Below are positions 1 through 10,371 of a stretch of 62,000 bases of DNA, piece by piece. Position 1 is the stretch's first letter. Each line of letters opens with the position of its first letter. The notes below the pieces were generated by a model. The model saw nothing but the letters and a program-made list of their open reading frames with translations, searched no databases and was not told the origin of the DNA. Origin of the DNA: Wallemia ichthyophaga EXF-994 (taxonomy: Eukaryota > Fungi > Basidiomycota); NCBI RefSeq assembly GCF_000400465.1, contig NW_008806284.1, positions 20,001-82,000 on the forward strand. Reading direction: 5' to 3'. The translations under genes and the position numbers were made by a program.

Positions 1-927
1 ATCTCTATCCTCCTTGACTGTACGATAGAGAGACTCCATATGAGACACTGGTACAATTTCGTCCTGTCTACCTGAAAGGAAGAGTGTATGTACACTTTTT
101 CCAATTTTCTTTATAGATTCGCCGCTATTCCATTTTTCAGTGCATAAGAAAGTGAAAGGGGTGAGGAGGGGAATGATAGAGGGAATGAGTTGGGGTATAC
201 TAGTAAAAGTGTTTTCTAAAATCAGCGCGTGAATAGAATCTGGATAATCTTTAGCCAAATCTATGCACACAGCTCCACCAATTGACTGTCCATAGAGAAT
301 TACGTTGGTTGATGACGTTAATGGATGTTGCTGGATGAATTTGAGAGCAGCTCTGGCATCAATACGTATACCAGCTTCAGAAGGCACACCTTCACTCTTT
401 CCATAACCTCTGTAGCTAACCATCAAAACATTTGTGTTTAAATTTTTGTAGAAGACTTGGGCGAGTGGAAGGCGATGGCCCTGGTGAGTTTGAGTGTGAG
501 TGTGTGATTGTTTTAACTTAAAACTCACCATATTACCCGCGTTGGCATGGAAGATTATCACAGTTGGTCGTGAACGTGATGTTTGTGATGAGGGGTGTGT
601 TATCAGATAGGCTTTTATCTTATAAGCACCTGATTGCAGTGTTATGTCTTGGTAAGGCATATCGAACCTAGCGAAAGCGGAGGGCGTTGAGCAGTGAACA
701 TTTCTACGCATGCGACACTTACTCATTTGGAGTCATAACGACACTGCGAGAATCAGCAGGCATGTTGGCTGGATAGATTAAGCTTGTTTGATAGATATAG
801 AGGAGAATGGCAGTGCCGCTAATGAGGACTGCTGATACTCCAATAAGGCCCTTGAGGGGAGTGAGATGGTGTGTGTGTCATGTAGCCAAGCAACCTTAGT
901 GCACTGCGCTATAACCGATAGAGCCAT
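1..927 (-). CDS. BEM46: BEM46/ABHD13-family alpha/beta hydrolase, 3' end runs off the window; introns at 894-851 and about 528-481
   Basis: Manual translation gives MALSVIAQCTK|GLIGVSAVLISGTAILLYIYQTSLIYPA, FHANAGNM|GHRLP, SYRGYGKSEG and the nucleophile motif GQSIGGAV. Not in the ORF track. Confidence 0.85.
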
Positions 928-939
928 GACGGTAGCTGA

Positions 940-1619
940 TCAAGGGGCGTATATGAATATCTCGGCTATTTGAAGAGTGGGGGAATTTGCGGGTGGAGTT
1001 GGAGGTGCTTCCGCGTACAAATGACTCGAAATAGTTGAATTGCTCTCGACTACGTCACAGAAGAGATGATCCAAGTCGTCATCGTCGTCATCGTCCTTGT
1101 GGATGTTATCGAGGATAGAATGAAGTGCTTGTTGATTGGTGTGCTGCTCCTCCACCGATAGCGGCTCACTCGGAGAAATTCCATCGTTAATCGATTTCTT
1201 TGTTCGTTTGTGTGGTTTCCGGTGGATTACTTGGAGAGGCGTTACGTTAAGAATACGCTGTATACACATTGAGAGCCCCAATTCCTTTGTCATGTACTTG
1301 AGGCACTCAAAGCTATCCTCTAGCGCTGCGTCATCCAATCCAATCAAATGACCATCGTCCAGAACGCCAATCTGGTACAAACAGCGACCGCGACCCTGCA
1401 ACAGTCTGAACTTCATCTGAGTCATGTACCTGTCCAAACGATCCTTTGTCGTGTTTAGTGTGAGTTTCAGCTGTGGCGGGTGGGTGAGTTGATTGTTCGC
1501 AGTGCAATTCAACACACTTTATACTCAACAAAGCCAACGTCACTCTCTTCAACTATCTTTCTAGTTGGTACTGTATCACTTTGAAGCCACTCCCAAATCG
1601 TTATCCCCGTCGACGTCAT
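940..1619 (-). CDS. Protein consisting only of a GTPBP1/GTPBP2-like N-terminal domain (no GTPase domain); 2 exons
   Basis: ATG at 1619. Splicing gives EESDVGFVEYK|LKLTL...RYMTQMKFRLLQGRGRCLYQIGVLDDG, resembling the GTPBP2 N-terminal EEGNVEYKLKL...TQMKWRLQEGRGEAVYQIGVEDNG. Stop at 940 before any P-loop. Confidence 0.7.
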
Positions 1620-1675
1620 TATGCAACCAATTTTCACCAACAAATTTTATCAATTTATTGTTACAATGAATCAAT

Positions 1676-2048
1676 CTAATCGAAGAGACCGAGACCCATG
1701 TCGTCGTCAGACTCTTCCTTAGGCTCTTCCTGTACATATAGGTGGTTAGCGAAAATCTTCCAAGGAATCGTATCAACGAACCTTCTTTGGTGCTTCCTCA
1801 GCGGCGGCTGGAGCGGCACCTGCAGCAGGAGCAGCAGCAGCAGAAGCAGATGGAACAGAAGCGAGCTTCTCGGTACCTTGAGCGATCAACTCCTCGATGT
1901 TCTTGCCGTTAACCTCCTCGATGAGCTTGTTGAGGCGGCTGTCATCAGCTTCGATACCGACAGTTGAGAGGAGCTTCTTGACGTCCTCAGCTGATGGGGA
2001 GGTGTTTCCACCGACGGTGAGCAAAAGGTAGGCAGCGACGAGCTTCAT
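1676..2048 (-). CDS. RPP2: 60S acidic ribosomal protein P2, 2 exons
   Basis: [23 protein letters not shown]..., Ala-rich hinge, spliced C-terminus [17 protein letters not shown]. Confidence 0.95.
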
Positions 2049-2344
2049 CTGGGAATGTGTGAGTGGTGTACATCATTACTTAAATCTCGCTCACTGTAAC
2101 GACTTAAACTGTTTAAAGGGTGAACCTGGTCCAAGTCTTGAAAGGAGAAGACGCTCAGAGTTTGCCTATTTGCAGTCTGAAGATTTTAAAAAATAACGAA
2201 AATCTAAAAATATTGTAAAATATATTATTATTATATACTCGTTAATTCTAACACACACTCCCCCACGCCCTCACCAAATTTTGTAATTTTCTCTGCTCAT
2301 TCACTCAACTCATAATTTTTCGAATCCCTTGTTGAGAAACAGTG

Positions 2345-2866
2345 ATGGCTCCTGAGTTTGACGGTACAACAAGCGCCGCTGAGGCTGCTGAGCTCAAGAA
2401 GCGCCGTACGTTCCGCAAGTTTCAATACCGCGGTGTTGAACTTGAACAACTTCTCGACTTGAAGAATGAGGAGGTTAGTTGAATGGTGTGTTTATAGGGC
2501 ATTTGCTAACATGTCATTCAAAAGTTCATGGACCTCGTTCACGCCCGCGCTCGTAGACGTTTCCAACGTGGTCTTAAGCGTGGTCCTCTCGGTCTCATCA
2601 AGAAGCTTCGTAAGGCTAAGAAGGAGACTCCTCCAAATGAGAAGCCTGCCGTCGTTAAGACCCACCTCCGTGATATGCTCGTCGTCCCTGAAATGATTGG
2701 CTCCCAAGTCGCCATTTACAACGGTAAAGTTTTCAACACTGTCGAAATCAAGCCTGAAATGGTTGCTCACTACTTGGGTGAATTCTCCATCTCCTACAAG
2801 CCTGTCAGACACGGTCGTCCAGGTATCGGTGCCACTAACTCTTCACGTTTCGTTCCACTCAAGTAG
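2345..2866 (+). CDS. RPS15: 40S ribosomal protein S15 (uS19); intron 2474-2524
   Basis: [22 protein letters not shown]...NEE|[13 protein letters not shown]...[31 protein letters not shown]. Confidence 0.97.
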
Positions 2867-2937
2867 GTGCGGTATGGGTGTACAAGTGTTTCAAATAGCA
2901 TGCATTTCATTCTAGTACTGGCTTCATAATTTATCGT

Positions 2938-4091
2938 CTAATCAAATGGTATGCGACGTATCGAGTTGTTGGGTTTGCTACTCGCCGCTGCCGCTTCTCC
3001 GAATGCTGATGGCACGGGTATTCCACAACAGTCACTTCCAAATCCTCCATGATGTTGTGTGCGATCGACTGTTCCTGCTTTTTGTGTGTGTGTATGTGTA
3101 TGTCCACATCCGTCTACCTCCTCTGCATGCACCGGAACACCTTCAGGTGCCTGCAAAATACTTCCAAACATAAAATGCTGCACAATTGGCAACTTGCTCA
3201 ACACTTCTGCTCTAAACATTTTGAACATTCCCTCATTTACCTTTTTCCATGTTTTAACTGCGCTGATATCGTCCAACATGGGCGAATGCCATCTCAAAGA
3301 AGCCGTTTTGATAGAGTTGATGAATTTAATACAGCTGAGATACATATACTCATCTGCCATTTCGAACATAACTTCCGGATCGTGTATGCTCTTTGGACGT
3401 AGGTATTTGTGCGCACTGAGCTGACCAGCACCCCAGAGGAAAGGGAGGAAATGGTAATCATCTAACCCCCAAACACCATGACTGCCAGCTGGTTCTAACC
3501 AGAATGTTGATTGCAGTTTGCGCATGATTGTGATATATCTCCAAAACACTCTAAGTACCAAAGCAGCCTCATCGCCAGGACCGAAGACACCTAAACGATC
3601 CAAGCAGATAAGCCAGCATATAAAGTTGAGCTCCATACCACTGCCATAGTCGATGCGCTGTCTATTACCCCAAGATTCATTGAAATAGGTGGAGACTTCT
3701 GGTATAGCCTCGCTGGGTATATCTAAAGCTTTGTGCAGCGATGGACTGGCCTGTAAATGGGTGTCATAAGAGGCATAAACCACGCTAGTAATCCACCCAC
3801 CTCCACTACTCTATCGAGAAAATCACGGAATCCAGGATTACCGAAGCGTGACTGCTTGTTGTCGATAGGCGGGGACTGTTCTGTGATAGCATCCACTCTA
3901 TCCAGCACACTGAGCACTTTGTACACTCCAGCAGATATGTGCACCTCATCAGTCAGCTTCACGTCGACCACAGCCCCGTTGAGTCTGTCAATGTACTCGA
4001 GCAGGGCGTTGAATGTATCGCTTTGCTTGAATAGCTCGAGGTGCTCATCCAATACGATTCTCTTGGTTGGCTCGGTGTATTTGTATGTCAT
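2938..4091 (-). CDS. RRD2: PP2A activator (PTPA, Rrd2-like), 2 exons
   Basis: SRFGNPGFRDF, GNRQRIDYGSGMELNF and LEPAGSHGVWGLDDYHFLPFLWG are PTPA motifs; GT-AG intron at about 3796-3747. Rrd2 versus Rrd1 is a by-eye call. Confidence 0.88.
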
Positions 4092-4213
4092 GGATGTTTG
4101 TGATTACGAGTTACAGTTGGGAATGAAAATTATGGTGAAAATTCAATCATCTTCCAAATAACTTAGTTTTCTATTACATGAGTCTTGCTTTTCTAACTAG
4201 CCAGTTTAACCCT

Positions 4214-5562
4214 TTACGCCCTAGCTTCGTGGAGCTGCATTGCACAATCTTCTCCACCACTAGCGAGTAGACCGCCATCCCAATCCACGCCCAGTATCTT
4301 GTTCTGCTTTTCTGTCTTCCCATTTGCTGGATTCCTAACGACGGTGAAGAGTGCCTGTTTTGGTGATCTCACATCCCAAAGCTTGACATTTCCATCGAGG
4401 GCAGCACTAGCCAAGTGGTGAGGCGAGTGAGGATGAGAGGCGACGCTCTCGACGACACTCCCATGGCCCCAGAGTTTCTGGGCTACGTTGCTGGTGCTGC
4501 TGCTACGCGTATCCCATACACACACACTCCTATCGACGTGTCCACTCACCGCCACGCCATGGAGATTAAGTGAGTCAACACAGCGCAAAGCGCTGGCAGC
4601 TACGCGAGAGTCGCTCTCCAGCCCGACGCCGACATCCCACAGTCGGAGAGTATGGTCAGCACCAGCCGAGTATGCGCGCGTCTGGTCCTCCTTGGCGAAA
4701 GACACGCCATTAACAGCTCCCGTGTGACCGCGCAGACGGTGTATCGGGGCTTTACGCACGGCTTCCACGGCTGCCGGCTTGCTCTTCCTCCTCTTCTTGA
4801 CGGGCTCTTCTGGATCGGCGTCCACCTCGTGCGCCGAGGGCGTGCGCGTGTCCCACAGACACACCAACCCATCCCAGTCGCTGCTGAGCAGGGTGTGTGG
4901 CTCGCTGGGGAGGAGCGGTGGAGCGACTGCGAGTGCAGACACCGGCGCAGCGTGCGCGGTGCATTGCAGCGTCTGCGACGGCTTGCCTGCGTCTATATCC
5001 CACATCCGCACCGTGCAGTCACGTCCACCTGTCACCACTGCATTGCCTACCCATTCGCCCGCTAGCACCGGCCCCACGTGGCCGAGAAGCTCCACTGTCT
5101 TCTCGCTGCGGCTGTTCCACACACTCGCAACACCGTCGTAGCTCGTCGTCAGGAACTTGTGCTCGTTGTGCGCTGTGCGGTTTATAGAGACACTCGACAC
5201 CCAGTCGTCGTGCTCGTACGTGCTGAGGTGCTTCGGTGGGAGGATCGACGGTACGTACGAGAGGTGTAGCGTTTCTTCCTGTGTTGTGTTGTTAGTAAAT
5301 TTGTACACGGCATATCCACCGATCCACCCACGCCATTGCTGTGGTTGCTAAGGACACTCGTTAGCTTTCCCCCAGCGCTGTCCTCGCCTATAAAGAAATC
5401 AAATGGCACGGCAGATACATTCTCGAGGAGGTTGTTGATCAGCTGCGATAGCTGGAAACGCTTCCAGGTGCTCGGTATCATGTACATCTCCTCTGGGATC
5501 TTGTGCTCATTGGAGATTGAATGCAGTATTACTGGTATGTTTCTACCATCCGCTGTGCTCAT
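4214..5562 (-). CDS. YTM1: Ribosome biogenesis WD40 protein Ytm1/WDR12 (NLE domain plus WD40)
   Basis: N-terminal NLE-like segment IPSTWKRFQLSQLINNLL...VPFDFFI, then EETLHLSYVPSILPP, HDDWVSSV and multiple GH...WD repeats. Confidence 0.9.
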
Positions 5563-5669
5563 TTGGTGGGTTTCGTCGATAGCAGCGAATCAAGAGGGAA
5601 GACGGCGTAAATTGCAATTTTAATACATTTTATACATATATAGCTTGGCAAAGATTGTATTTCCCAATA

Positions 5670-7114
5670 TCAATCCTCCTCCGCGAACATTTCTGCCTTC
5701 CCCGTAGCCGCCTGGTAGATACGCATCGCTTCCTCCACCGCACACTCGGAAGGCTGGATAAATGGCGCTGTGACTGTGATTGGCGTGCTGACGGTGTGTA
5801 TATTGTCCTTGTCTGCATCCACATCCTCATACTCCACCTCCTCCTCGGTGTATATTGACATAAACGCAATATCGTCTTCTGTCTCGATGAGGCTGGTGAT
5901 ATATGGTCGAAAGAGATCCTCAAGTCTTCCACGCTCGTTGCCCACCAGATTTACCACTAGATAAACCATATAATACCCCACAGGACACACTCCCGCGCTA
6001 GCACCCTCATAATGCGCCTGAACAGCATTAGCGAAGGCAATACCTGGCTCGTAGACGATGATGGGTGATTCAGGGAGCGGGTTGAGGGTTGGCGGGTTAC
6101 TCAGCACCATCACTACCCTCCCCAGCTCATTCCGACGCTTCTCGTTTGTTGATATACCGAATGGGGTGAGTGTGGGCGTGTGGCCTATCACACAGCCCGC
6201 ATTGAACACCCCATCTATACCACTCATTCGTATGTTGTATCGCCCATCACATTCTACCACATCCTCGATGTCGTGGTTGAGAATGAATGTAGTGCCGCGT
6301 ACAGCGCTCGATCTGCATTTGGTGGTGAGTTGTGCTGGGTAAATCAACAATAACACTCCCCGCTCACCTGCAGTATCCCTGTATTATGTCGCCAACACCC
6401 CCATACTGCGCGTAGAGGAAGCTCGACGGTCCGTAAGCGCCATGAGCATGCAGATACGAAGCAATGCGATCGAGTACCTGGTGAGATGGCTCAAACAGCG
6501 AGATAGCCATCCCGAATGAGAACACAAGCGAGTGAAATAGCTTGGTTGGTATTCCTGCATCAAACTCACTCAGTTTCACATTCGCCCCGCTTTTGTAGTC
6601 CCCATTAGACACCGACTGGAGGAATTTCATCAACATACGCTTCTCTCGCACGTTAATATCACTTCGAAAGACTTCCTGCTTCGATTTAGGTATCTGGGTA
6701 AACTGCCCGCTGGCGTTGTACACCAATCCATCAACAAGTTTGAATTCGAGGTAATTGAATATCGACGATTTGAGAATGTTCTGCAGCTGCGTTGGTGCGT
6801 TTCTCTGCGTAAGAAGCACACTGGGGTGCAGACTGATCAGGAACTTGTGTGGATTGTCGACTTTGTTGATTTGTGAAGGTGCTGTGAAGGAGGATAGAGG
6901 AAGCGTGGCCCAGCTACCCCCATAGTAATCGTTCTTATCGACATGCAAGCACTTGTAGCCAGAAGAAGCGAGTGCACTGATGTCGTCATCGTCGTGAGCT
7001 CAGTGCGTCCACCAGCTAACCCCCACACACCTAGAAAGCAAAGACTGCGTATAACCCGTTCCAATTATCAAAAAATCGAACAAGTTTTCATTTATCGGAG
7101 TTGTCGATGACATG
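5670..7114 (-). CDS. MRS6: Rab escort protein (REP/Mrs6, GDI superfamily), 3 exons
   Basis: Spliced N-terminus FDFLIIGTGYTQSLLS|SALASSGYKCLHVDKNDYYGGSWATL; REKRMLMKFL; YGGVGDIIQGYCR|SSAVRGTTFILN. Confidence 0.85.
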
Positions 7115-7149
7115 ACGGTAGACATACAAGAAATAAAGACATCAACACA

Positions 7150-8075
7150 TCAGGTCAGTCCAGGCTCTTCATCGATCGATCTCTTTATCTTGAGCATTAT
7201 CGTCGTCTTCCAGTTATCCAATTTAGTCATCTTGTCGTAATCCACAACTAGTCCCGTGTACTGCTCCTGATCGCCCTGCTCGATGGCGTCAATAGCGCCT
7301 GATAAGAATTTATATTCGCGCGACTGCTGGAAGGAGGGATCCATTTGGGTGTATTCCGCAATAGCGCGTCCCGCATCAACAATATCACCCGCAGCGAGCC
7401 AACAAAGCCCAGCCTTGAAGAAGTAATCCTTCACGCTGAATCTGGTGAGGGGTGATTCGAGTGACTGTTTAATCACCTTATCGTAGTTACTAATAGCGCG
7501 TTTGTACTGCTCGAGTTGTGCTGCGATATCTGCGACGTCTTTGTAACACGCGCTTGCTGTTGCCTTTGCATCCTCCTGTTCGTACCACTGCGCGGATTTC
7601 TCGTAGGATTCCAGAGCCAGTGTGAGATCGCCCTGCTCTGTGAGATGTATCGAGGCGATCTCTTTCATTCTGTCAGCAGCTTGTCTGAATCTGCCTGATT
7701 CGAGCAGTCCATTCACTGCTCTCTGGTAGGCGTCTACGGCGACTGATAGGAGGTTAATTAGGACGATTTAAAAGACAAACACTACACACGCTCTGGATTT
7801 GATTGCTTATATGCCTTGCCTGCCTCCCAGAAATGCTGGTTAGCTTCATTCCTCTCGTCTGCTTTTATGGCGCATTCTCCAGCCCTGACAAAGGCTTCAC
7901 CAGCCTCCTTGAACATCTGGTCGATTTTGAACTTATTCGCTGCATCTCTGAACATATCTGCTGCATCCTGCTTGCGCTCCCTGTTAGCACTAGCGCCCCA
8001 GCTAAACAATCCACCTGATTGGTTTGCCTTTTTCTCTGCTTTCTGGTATAATGCTGATCCCTGTGATTTTCCCAT
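7150..8075 (-). CDS. SEC17: Alpha-SNAP, 2 exons
   Basis: AADMFRDAANKFK, GRFRQAADRMKEIA, FSVKDYFFKAGLC, YDKMTKLDNWKTTIMLKIK. Confidence 0.93.
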
Positions 8076-8125
8076 GTCTCGTCAGTGGATGTGCGTTGCG
8101 TGGATGATGACACTTGGACTTGCCA

Positions 8126-9018
8126 ATGAACCTTTATGATGTAAATAAAATTAACTTGACCCACTCGGCTGGCGATTGACGGACGCAATTCCAGGAAGTT
8201 AGACTCTACTCCAACACCGCCGAGCGCGATAGATTTGAGAACCTCGCCACGCTATTCGGCATCATACACTCGCTCGACTATTTGGAGAGAGCGTATGTGA
8301 GGGATTCTATAACGCAATCGCAGTACGCTCCTGCTTGCGTGAAGCTACTTGCGCAGTTCAAAACCATATTGAAGTTGGTAGCTGGGGATATTGCCGGATC
8401 TGTTGATGAATTCATGGCGCAGTATAATGTGAGTGTGGGGTGTTTTTTAAGTTTTATACTCAATTTGACCTTTCAGATGGATTGCCCTGCCGCTGCTCAT
8501 CGCCTGCATGTCGGTGTGCCTGCTACTGTCGAACACTCGGCGGAGGAGGGCGTCGAGACTGGTAAATGGGTAGCTGAAACGACTCAGGTGATTTTAATCT
8601 TTATGTTAGCTATTAAACCCCATCTAACACCCCAAAGTGCTTCATTACGTTTATGGATGCTCTCAGACTCAACCTGCGTGCTAAAGACCAGCTCCATCCC
8701 ATGCTAACAGACCTCATGAGCGTGTATTCCCGCTTCAAAGGCTCGGCAGAGTGGGAAGGTAGGCCGAAACTCGTTGGCTGGTGAGTGTTTCGATTTTTAG
8801 GTCATGTCGTATGTCGAATGTCTCACAATGTAAACAAATTTGCAGGTTGATCAGCCTCAACAAGATGAAAGCAGCTGATGAGATTACAGATGAGCAGTCA
8901 CGGCAGGTGAGTGTCTATTTAAACTCTTAATCCCAACTCAAACCCGCCACAGATGCTGTTCGACGTTGACCACGCTTATAACGAATTTTTTAGATCATTG
9001 GGTAACGACATTAATTAG
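8126..9018 (+). CDS. VPS28: ESCRT-I subunit Vps28, multi-exon
   Basis: MNLYD|EVRLYSNTAERDRFENLATLFGIIHSLDYLERAYVRDSI...; last exon MLFDVDHAYNEFFRSLGNDIN*. Confidence 0.92.
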
Positions 9019-9515
9019 TACAAGATGTAAAGTGATTGTAAGAGTAGATAGACTGATAATGTTGCTATCGACGTCAGATTCGAGCTTGCAATGTTGTAAG
9101 CAGCTTGTGTTTTGAGGGTGTATGGTATGTGTTGGCTAAATTGTTGAATCTGGTGTATGTTTATACTCAAGTAGTTCAATGCAGGAAGAAGAAGCACTAA
9201 CAAGCTGGCCAATTCCAGCTTGTACCGCCTGTAGATGAAGGTGTTTATCAGCTGAGAAGACAGACCAAGGACAAAGAGCGTGTTCATGAACACCTTGACA
9301 GCCTGTGGGCTGTGGTTGAATGTGGTGTAGAATCCAATGGAGTTGTCTGCGTTGAATTTGTTTTGGGTGTCCACCAGAAGTTTCAGGTCCTGGGTGAGGC
9401 ATATGAAGAGAATGCCGAGGCTAAAAGAGACGGAAGAAAGGGTGATGCTCTTGAGGAATGTCCTAGAGGTATATAAGCAAAGACCTAGTAATCTTGAGTA
9501 TTTTCAGACTTGCAT
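9015..9515 (-). CDS. Shr3-like ER membrane chaperone for amino-acid permeases; start codon split by a GC-AG intron (9513-9463)
   Basis: Spliced protein MTFLKSITLSSVSFSLGILFIC...GFYTTFNHSPQAVKVFM...AYNIASSNLTSIATLSVYLLLQ has four hydrophobic segments and resembles my recollection of basidiomycete Shr3. Donor GCAAGT, acceptor CTCTAG. Confidence 0.6.
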
Positions 9516-9591
9516 TTCCAAACACTTGATCGTTGTAAATGAAGCGCCTCTTGGTGAGTAACGACGAGGATACTTGAGATAATTATTTAAT

Positions 9592-10280
9592 ATGGTGAGC
9601 TATTAGGTGATATACTGCGATATATATATCTAAGCTCACCAAACCACAGCCACCTCCAAAGCCAAAGAACTCACGAATGCTGACGCTGATCAACTACAGA
9701 CTGAGAGTGACGCTTAACGACACTCGTCAGATAATTGGACAAATGTTGGCATTCGATAGGCATATGAATTTGGTTCTCGTTGATTCTATCGAGTTTAGAA
9801 GGCTCAAAGGTCCTTCAAACCAGGGCGACATTCCCAAAGAAATGAAGAGAGCGCTTGGACTAATTGTGCTGCGTGGAGAGACTATCATTTCAATATCCGT
9901 CGAAGGTCCACCACCAGTTAAGGATGAGGAACCAATTTCTGCTGGTCCTGGGCTCGGTGCTCCAGCAGGCAGAGGAATGCCACTGGGTGCAGGTATGGGA
10001 GCTGCCCCACCCGCTTTCCAGGCTCGTCCAATGCCATATGCTGGTGGTCCTCCACCTCCTGGGTTCCCGGGACCTGCGCCTGGATTCAGACCACCACCGG
10101 GGTGAGTTTTGCGCGAATTTTGAGTTGATTCAAAGTTAATAACGATGACTTAGATTCCCTGGTGCTCCTTCAATGCCTGGATTTCCAACACCGCCTCCTG
10201 GGTGAGCTATCTAAACCACCAAAACAATCCATACTAACACAGCAAACAGCTTCGGCGGTATGCGTCCACCACCAAGCTAA
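9592..10280 (+). CDS. SMB1: Spliceosomal Sm protein B, 4 exons
   Basis: ATG|intron|PPPKPKNSRMLTLINYRLRVTLNDTRQIIGQMLAFDRHMNLVL...LGLIVLRGETIISISVEGPPP, followed by a G/P-rich tail. Confidence 0.93.
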
Positions 10281-10371
10281 GCAGGCCCAGAATATTTATT
10301 AAAAATTAATTTGTATCTCCCATAAACCTCCGCCTTCTCTCTTTCTGCTTGACGATCAACTGTATTATGCA

